DNA of 33,568 bases from a plasmid. Where the stretch lies: NCBI RefSeq assembly GCF_988242995.1, contig NZ_OZ547045.1, one strand, 5' to 3'. The translations under genes and the position numbers were made by a program. Shown in pieces: positions 30,771-33,568 of this stretch. Numbering within the stretch: position 1 is the stretch's first letter; each line of letters starts with the position of its first letter. The notes beneath the pieces were generated by a model. The model was not told the origin of the DNA and made no database searches. It saw only the letters and a program-made list of their open reading frames with translations.

Positions 30771-30772
30771 GG

Positions 30773-31267
30773 TTAACCCTCCAATCGGTACGTTTTTTTA
30801 CCGCCTTGCGTTTCATTGATGATAGTAAACCCACTTCCGGCCAGCAATCCCATCATTTTAGTTGATGGAGGCAAACAGGACGCTTCCAGCCGGTGGCCGG
30901 GGGTGGCTTCAATAATGGAGTTGAGCATACTCTTACCAATGCCTTTACCCTGCTTATCGGCTGAAACAGCGAACATGCGGATCTCAAGATGAGACGCAAG
31001 GCCAGCAAAGTTATTGCGTCCGGTTAACAGCGCAAACCCTACCGGTTTACGTGTTAATTGCTCATCAAAGATAAAGAGATAATCCGCAACGGGGATATTA
31101 GCGCTGTATTTTTGAGTGACAGCTTGTAGCTCAGATTTGACCGTTTCCAGGCCATCACCATTAGCATAGAAAAATGCGCCAGATGTAATGCCCTCGCGCA
31201 CCAGATTCATGATAAAAGGAATATCTTTGTCGTTTCCTAACCGCATATCGAGCATAGCGCCCTCCAT
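30773..31267 (-). CDS. GNAT-family N-acetyltransferase
   Basis: 164 aa with an acetyl-CoA motif region (VSADKQGKGIGKSMLNSIIE). The start is ambiguous: 31267 or 31255. Confidence 0.75.
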   Translation of the reverse strand: MEGAMLDMRLGNDKDIPFIMNLVREGITSGAFFYANGDGLETVKSELQAVTQKYSANIPVADYLFIFDEQLTRKPVGFALLTGRNNFAGLASHLEIRMFAVSADKQGKGIGKSMLNSIIEATPGHRLEASCLPPSTKMMGLLAGSGFTIINETQGGKKTYRLEG

Positions 31268-31822
31268 TCAATAAGACGGGGTAAAATCCCGGCCCTGATC
31301 CCAGCGAGATTGCCAGTGCTTCTGATACTGCGCGGCCAGTTCCGGCGCATCCCACATCACAATAGCGTTTTCAGAGTTATATTTTTCGGCGCTGGCCGTG
31401 TAGTTAAAACTACCGGTTTCCACATGGCGACCATCAACTATGATCACTTTGTCATGCTGGATTTTGTAATTACCGTTAACCCGCAGAGGAATACCGGCAC
31501 TTGTAACCAGATTCATTGCCGCACGACTCGCCCGGCCAGTATTACCATTCTCATCAATGACGATTTTCACATCGACGCCCCGGCGTTTAGCCGCAATCAG
31601 CGCTTTCATAATATCGGGGGCGGTAAAGCTGTAGGCCATCATTCTGATGTTCTCTTTTGCCGAACCGATAACGTTGATAACAAGCTCCTGCGCCGTCCCT
31701 TCTGGCGAAAAACCTACTTGCGCCGATGCAGCATAAACAGACGGGGCCGCAGCCCCGTAAAGTACGGCGGCAACCAGTGCCGCTTTAAAGAGAAAGTTGC
31801 GCTTTTTTAAACGCTGGATCAT
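31268..31822 (-). CDS. nuc: Phospholipase-D-family periplasmic endonuclease (Nuc-like)
   Basis: HKD motif (IQHDKVIIVDGRHVETGSFNYTASAEKYNSEN). The signal peptide [31 protein letters not shown] begins at 31822. It occupies the same position after virB11 as nuc of pKM101, as I recall it. Confidence 0.85.
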   Translation of the reverse strand: MIQRLKKRNFLFKAALVAAVLYGAAAPSVYAASAQVGFSPEGTAQELVINVIGSAKENIRMMAYSFTAPDIMKALIAAKRRGVDVKIVIDENGNTGRASRAAMNLVTSAGIPLRVNGNYKIQHDKVIIVDGRHVETGSFNYTASAEKYNSENAIVMWDAPELAAQYQKHWQSRWDQGRDFTPSY

Positions 31823-32816
31823 AAAGAACCTCAACAATCTGGCGGTGTTCCATGTACACAACAATATCTATCGTGGTGTACAGCGTTTTCATAATTACGT
31901 CATAATCCAGCGTCTGGCCGATGCCGGTTTGCTTGATAAGTAGTGCAATGCGGCTGAAAGTCGATTTTGCATCATCGGCATGAGTGGATGTGATCCCGCC
32001 AGGATGCCCGGTATTAAGCGAGTTAATGTAATCCCATGCCGCATCATCCCTAAGCTCTGTCATCATGATACGGTCGGGAGAAAGGCGCATACACGCTTTC
32101 AGACTGACCGCCGGGGCCAGGCGGCCCTCCTGATCGCCGTACAGCATATAAACCATTTCATGATGTAGCTCAGACCCAATTTCGTGAACGTCCTCAGAAA
32201 CCACAATACGCTCTGTATAAGGCACTTCACGAAGCAGAGAACGGGTAAACGTTGACTTACCCGAACTTGTAGACCCCGATACAACGATATTCAGCTTATT
32301 GCGTACCGCTATTTTGAAAAACGAAACAAGGTCGTCTTTATCAAGCAATTCCAGTAATTCTTGCTCGAATGGCAGTAGGGCCACTTCACCCTGAATCTTT
32401 CGTTTCCAGCCAGTAAAACGGCCCTCATCGCGGAGTTGTTCGAGAGACTTATCAACCGGTAAATGCTTACGAAACGCGATTGCTACCGTACCCTCCAATA
32501 CGGCAGGGGGTAAGCAGATAATCCCCCTTGAGCCGTCCGGCAGAAGAACGTTATTAACGGACTCTTTCGGCAGACCGTTGAAGCCACACAGCGTATCGGT
32601 TAATCGGGAGATATACTCAGCGGTGATTTTCTCATTTTCATGGAAAACACGGCCTTTCGATGTTTCACAAACAACCTGCTGATACTTGTTGATTCTCAAC
32701 TCCCACACATCGGGATCGTTCAGGTACATCAGAAGTGGTTCGAGCGTCAGCCATACGCCCTGCTCACGGCGGGGGCGCTGGCGAATATCTTCAATATTGC
32801 TGATTAAATCACTCAT
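31785..32816 (-). CDS. virB11: VirB11-family T4SS ATPase
   Basis: 343 aa with Walker [10 protein letters not shown] and a His box ([11 protein letters not shown]). Its start overlaps the virB10 stop. Confidence 0.93.
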   Translation of the reverse strand: MSDLISNIEDIRQRPRREQGVWLTLEPLLMYLNDPDVWELRINKYQQVVCETSKGRVFHENEKITAEYISRLTDTLCGFNGLPKESVNNVLLPDGSRGIICLPPAVLEGTVAIAFRKHLPVDKSLEQLRDEGRFTGWKRKIQGEVALLPFEQELLELLDKDDLVSFFKIAVRNKLNIVVSGSTSSGKSTFTRSLLREVPYTERIVVSEDVHEIGSELHHEMVYMLYGDQEGRLAPAVSLKACMRLSPDRIMMTELRDDAAWDYINSLNTGHPGGITSTHADDAKSTFSRIALLIKQTGIGQTLDYDVIMKTLYTTIDIVVYMEHRQIVEVLYDPAFKKAQLSL

Positions 32817-33568
32817 TCATTTCTAACCCATAAACAGTGCTGAAATCGAGATCGCGGGCTACGTAGATGGATACAGCATCGCCCTGGGCGGCATAGAGTG
32901 TTGGCGGGATATTGATTTTCGCCCGTAATGCCTCCGTAGCAAGCTGGTCGGTACTGTTTTCCGTTGTGTTAAACGTCACATCAGAGCTGTTGTTGTTTAT
33001 CGACGCGATACCGGCTTTCATCCCATCAGTCAGCACAGAGAAAAAGATTGCATCGCCCATGCGTTCCCAAAAGTGAGAATTAACCTGGCCGGGAATGCCC
33101 GCACTACCTAAAGAGTTAGTGCCGCTGCTGTCGAGGTTAACAAGCGTCTGATCCGGGTTACGCAAGCGTGACCAGAGGACAAACACACGATTCTGGCCGT
33201 TCTGGATACCGCTATTCTGCTCACCCGTTACTACAGCCCCTTTATCAATCAGTTTCACAGTGCCATCGGCAGAGTACACATCACGGCTAACGGTACATTT
33301 AACCTGGCCCGGAACAGTGGTATCCAGTTCGGTATTTGTACCGCAAGGGATCATAGTGCCTTGCGCAATTGTCAGATTGGGATGTGGCATTACAGATGCC
33401 TGGGCGACGGCCATACGCGCCGGTTTCATACGGCTAGCCAGTGCCTGGCTGCTTGAGCTGGTTTCTGTATTGTCCTGACCGGCCCGGCGCTCCTGGTCTT
33501 TCGCTGTCGTGGCCTGTTTTTCAGGATCTACACCGTTGAAAGACACACCTAACCGGGCGCGCATTATT
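32809..33568 (-). CDS. virB10: VirB10/TrbI-family protein, C-terminal part (5' portion lies at 1..398 across the circular junction)
   Basis: The conserved C-terminal barrel region is present ([34 protein letters not shown]...). The reading frame stays open to the window end and continues at base 1. Confidence 0.88.
   Translation of the reverse strand, partial: IMRARLGVSFNGVDPEKQATTAKDQERRAGQDNTETSSSSQALASRMKPARMAVAQASVMPHPNLTIAQGTMIPCGTNTELDTTVPGQVKCTVSRDVYSADGTVKLIDKGAVVTGEQNSGIQNGQNRVFVLWSRLRNPDQTLVNLDSSGTNSLGSAGIPGQVNSHFWERMGDAIFFSVLTDGMKAGIASINNNSSDVTFNTTENSTDQLATEALRAKINIPPTLYAAQGDAVSIYVARDLDFSTVYGLEMNE

Overview
The window appears to be a complete circular conjugative plasmid of about 33.6 kb. 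The virB10 ORF is cut by the window ends and closes in frame when base 33568 is joined to base 1. I could not recognise any antibiotic-resistance or transposon cargo.

Layout:
- 1-8641 and 30663-33568 (minus strand): a VirB/Trw-type T4SS operon, virB1-virB11, with an Eex lipoprotein and a small ORF in the pKM101 korA position. A PLD-family Nuc nuclease, a GNAT acetyltransferase and a 35-aa hydrophobic peptide are appended downstream of virB11.
- 8.6-10.0 kb: a divergent operon encoding an H-NS C-terminal-domain protein, a membrane protein, a TrbM-like protein and a lipoprotein.
- 10.0-13.0 kb: accessory and maintenance genes. These are a membrane-anchored Mrr_cat nuclease, a mazE/mazF pair interrupted and preceded by small membrane-protein genes, and a serine recombinase with a res-like site.
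- 13.0-14.5 kb: repA plus an iteron oriV.
- 15.2-22.3 kb: a leading-region island of twelve small plus-strand genes. It is organised by three copies of a GC-rich repeat (two of about 640 bp, one 5'-truncated), five near-identical promoters and eight copies of a structured leader.
- 22.3-25.3 kb: a SprT-like protease gene, stbABC, a phased repeat array and oriT.
- 25.3-30.1 kb: a MOBF-type Dtr module (RHH accessory protein, coupling protein, TrwC-family relaxase-helicase).

Backbone synteny recalls IncN pKM101 and IncW R388. That comparison is from memory and was not searched.

The most unusual signals are:
- the repeated structured leader, which shows compensatory base changes;
- a 34-aa hydrophobic, Lys-tailed peptide gene locked into a perfect 21-bp long-range inverted repeat;
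- the mazE-orf-mazF arrangement;
- a 16-bp motif present five times, three of them inside the stbA coding sequence.
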